A stretch of DNA of 64,000 bases from Candidatus Bathyarchaeota archaeon. Its GTDB lineage: Archaea; Thermoproteota; Bathyarchaeia; Bathyarchaeales; Bathycorpusculaceae. Location: NCBI GenBank assembly GCA_963827165.1, contig CAWGZR010000011.1, forward strand, positions 127,332 through 191,331, written 5' to 3'. The notes beneath the pieces are model-generated. The model was not told the origin of the DNA. It saw only the letters and a program-made list of their open reading frames with translations, and made no database searches. The position numbers and the translations under genes are program-made. Positions within the stretch are counted from its first letter, which is position 1, and the number at the start of each line of letters is the position of its first letter. Positions 63,032 to 64,000 of this stretch are shown here, one piece after another.

Positions 63032-63435
63032 ACGGGAAGCTTGGCGCCGGCGTCAAATGCTACGTTGCTCTTTATCAGCAAAAACCTGTCGCCTTTATTG
63101 CAGTTGCACATGTGCATATGTTGGCAAATTATTATCGTGTAAGCCGTCTTGTGGTCTTGCCTGATTATCAGGGCATCGGGATTGGAAAACGCCTGCTGAA
63201 TTTCATGGCTGAGCTTTACACGTCTCAGAGTAATTTGCCATTTTATTTGGTTACAAGCAATCCTCAGTTAGTAAGGGGAAACTTGGGTAACTGGATAATC
63301 AAGCGTGTTGGTCACGGAAGCCACGGAAAAGGGGATACTCGAATAAATCGGGAACTGGTGCATTCGAATAGCAGATGTCGCTTAACCGTCTCTCTAAAAT
63401 ATAGGCGCAAAATTCCAGAAACTTTGGAAAAGTGA
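62941..63435 (+). CDS. GNAT acetyltransferase domain, in -1 frame relative to the ABC ATPase
   Basis: WQVFRQYHYL, VSRLVVLPDYQGIGIG, VTSNP. Confidence 0.85.
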   Translation, partial: KKKVSHPTIDISVHKCSNSMWQVFRQYHYLNGKLGAGVKCYVALYQQKPVAFIAVAHVHMLANYYRVSRLVVLPDYQGIGIGKRLLNFMAELYTSQSNLPFYLVTSNPQLVRGNLGNWIIKRVGHGSHGKGDTRINRELVHSNSRCRLTVSLKYRRKIPETLEK

Positions 63436-63442
63436 ATATTTT

Positions 63443-63961
63443 ATGCAGCTACATACGCTTGAAAGACGCTTAGAATTGCTAAAGGGCGAAGGAAATGGGT
63501 TGAACACCCATGAAATTGTCCAAGATCTTATGGCGAAGTTTGGTTGTTCTAGGAGTACAGCTTACAATGATTTTGCCACTAAGCCAGAGTGGCAGCCTAT
63601 TTTGCAGGAACTCGCCAAGCAGCTGCTTAAGGTGCAGAATCGTCATGAACAGCTCTACCGCAAAGCCAGCTTCATGTACACCCAAGCCAAAAGCGACCGC
63701 GCAAGAATTGCTGCTTTGAATCTTATGCGCCAAATAAACGTCGAATCAGCCCAACTCGGCGGCGCCAAACCTGCTGAGCAAAATCAAACTGAAGAAACCC
63801 GCATCAAATGGGAAGATCCCGAAGTATGCAAAAAACAATACTCATCCGATACAAACCTCATCCAGGACAATGCCAATTCCACTACTGTACCGCTAGGTTC
63901 CGAGTGCTCAACTGTGGACGTCGCTGGGGCAAAACCGTCGCGGGCGCCAACGAATTCATAA
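63443..63961 (+). CDS. Putative terminase small subunit (N-terminal HTH)
   Basis: HEIVQDLMAKFGCSRSTAYND HTH; lies directly before TerL. Confidence 0.6.
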   Translation: MQLHTLERRLELLKGEGNGLNTHEIVQDLMAKFGCSRSTAYNDFATKPEWQPILQELAKQLLKVQNRHEQLYRKASFMYTQAKSDRARIAALNLMRQINVESAQLGGAKPAEQNQTEETRIKWEDPEVCKKQYSSDTNLIQDNANSTTVPLGSECSTVDVAGAKPSRAPTNS

Positions 63962-64000
63962 GGCAGATGTGGCAGCAAGGCGAAGGCAAAGAAAAAGTAG
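63826..64000 (+). CDS. Terminase large subunit, N-terminus (truncated by window end)
   Basis: MQKTILIRYKPHPGQCQFH...RFRVLNCGRRWGKT: Q-motif and Walker A of phage TerL. Confidence 0.85.
   Translation, partial: MQKTILIRYKPHPGQCQFHYCTARFRVLNCGRRWGKTVAGANEFIRQMWQQGEGKEKV

Larger units (their letters stand above)
52882..64000 (+). mobile_element. Putative head-tail provirus integrated at tRNA-Gln (left part)
   Basis: Starts right after the tRNA; tightly packed small ORFs, wHTH genes, ParB-like, ABC/GNAT, TerS and TerL; integrase and attR not in window. Confidence 0.75.

Overview
Archaeal chromosomal segment. RadA, TFB, aIF1/SUI1, Rqc2 and many NosD-type surface proteins with C-terminal anchors suggest Bathyarchaeia/TACK; this assignment is an inference from gene content. 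Bases 1-52.7 kb hold housekeeping, stress and repair genes (rqcH, radA, msrB, hsp20, an MrfB/MrfA-like nuclease-helicase pair, katG, bcp, UDG), lsrF with a Zn-dehydrogenase, a glycosylation cluster, a hybrid histidine kinase and a degenerate CysRS paralog. A tRNA-Gln(TTG) at 52806-52881 is followed by a putative provirus that runs off the window. It contains wHTH genes, a cargo island of secreted proteins (candidate clan-CD protease facing a BsuPI-like inhibitor), then ParB-like / ABC-ATPase / GNAT genes and small and large terminase. Two signals stand out. First, a dispersed ~110-140 bp non-coding repeat family (5 copies) in which a conserved T-rich leader is followed by a 10-bp-period array whose unit differs between copies; it lies mostly downstream of stress genes and brackets katG. 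Second, the proviral ABC-GNAT pair is joined by an in-frame A_AAA_AAG -1 slippery site. Several single-base frameshifts may be assembly errors. All calls come from reading by eye; no searches were run.
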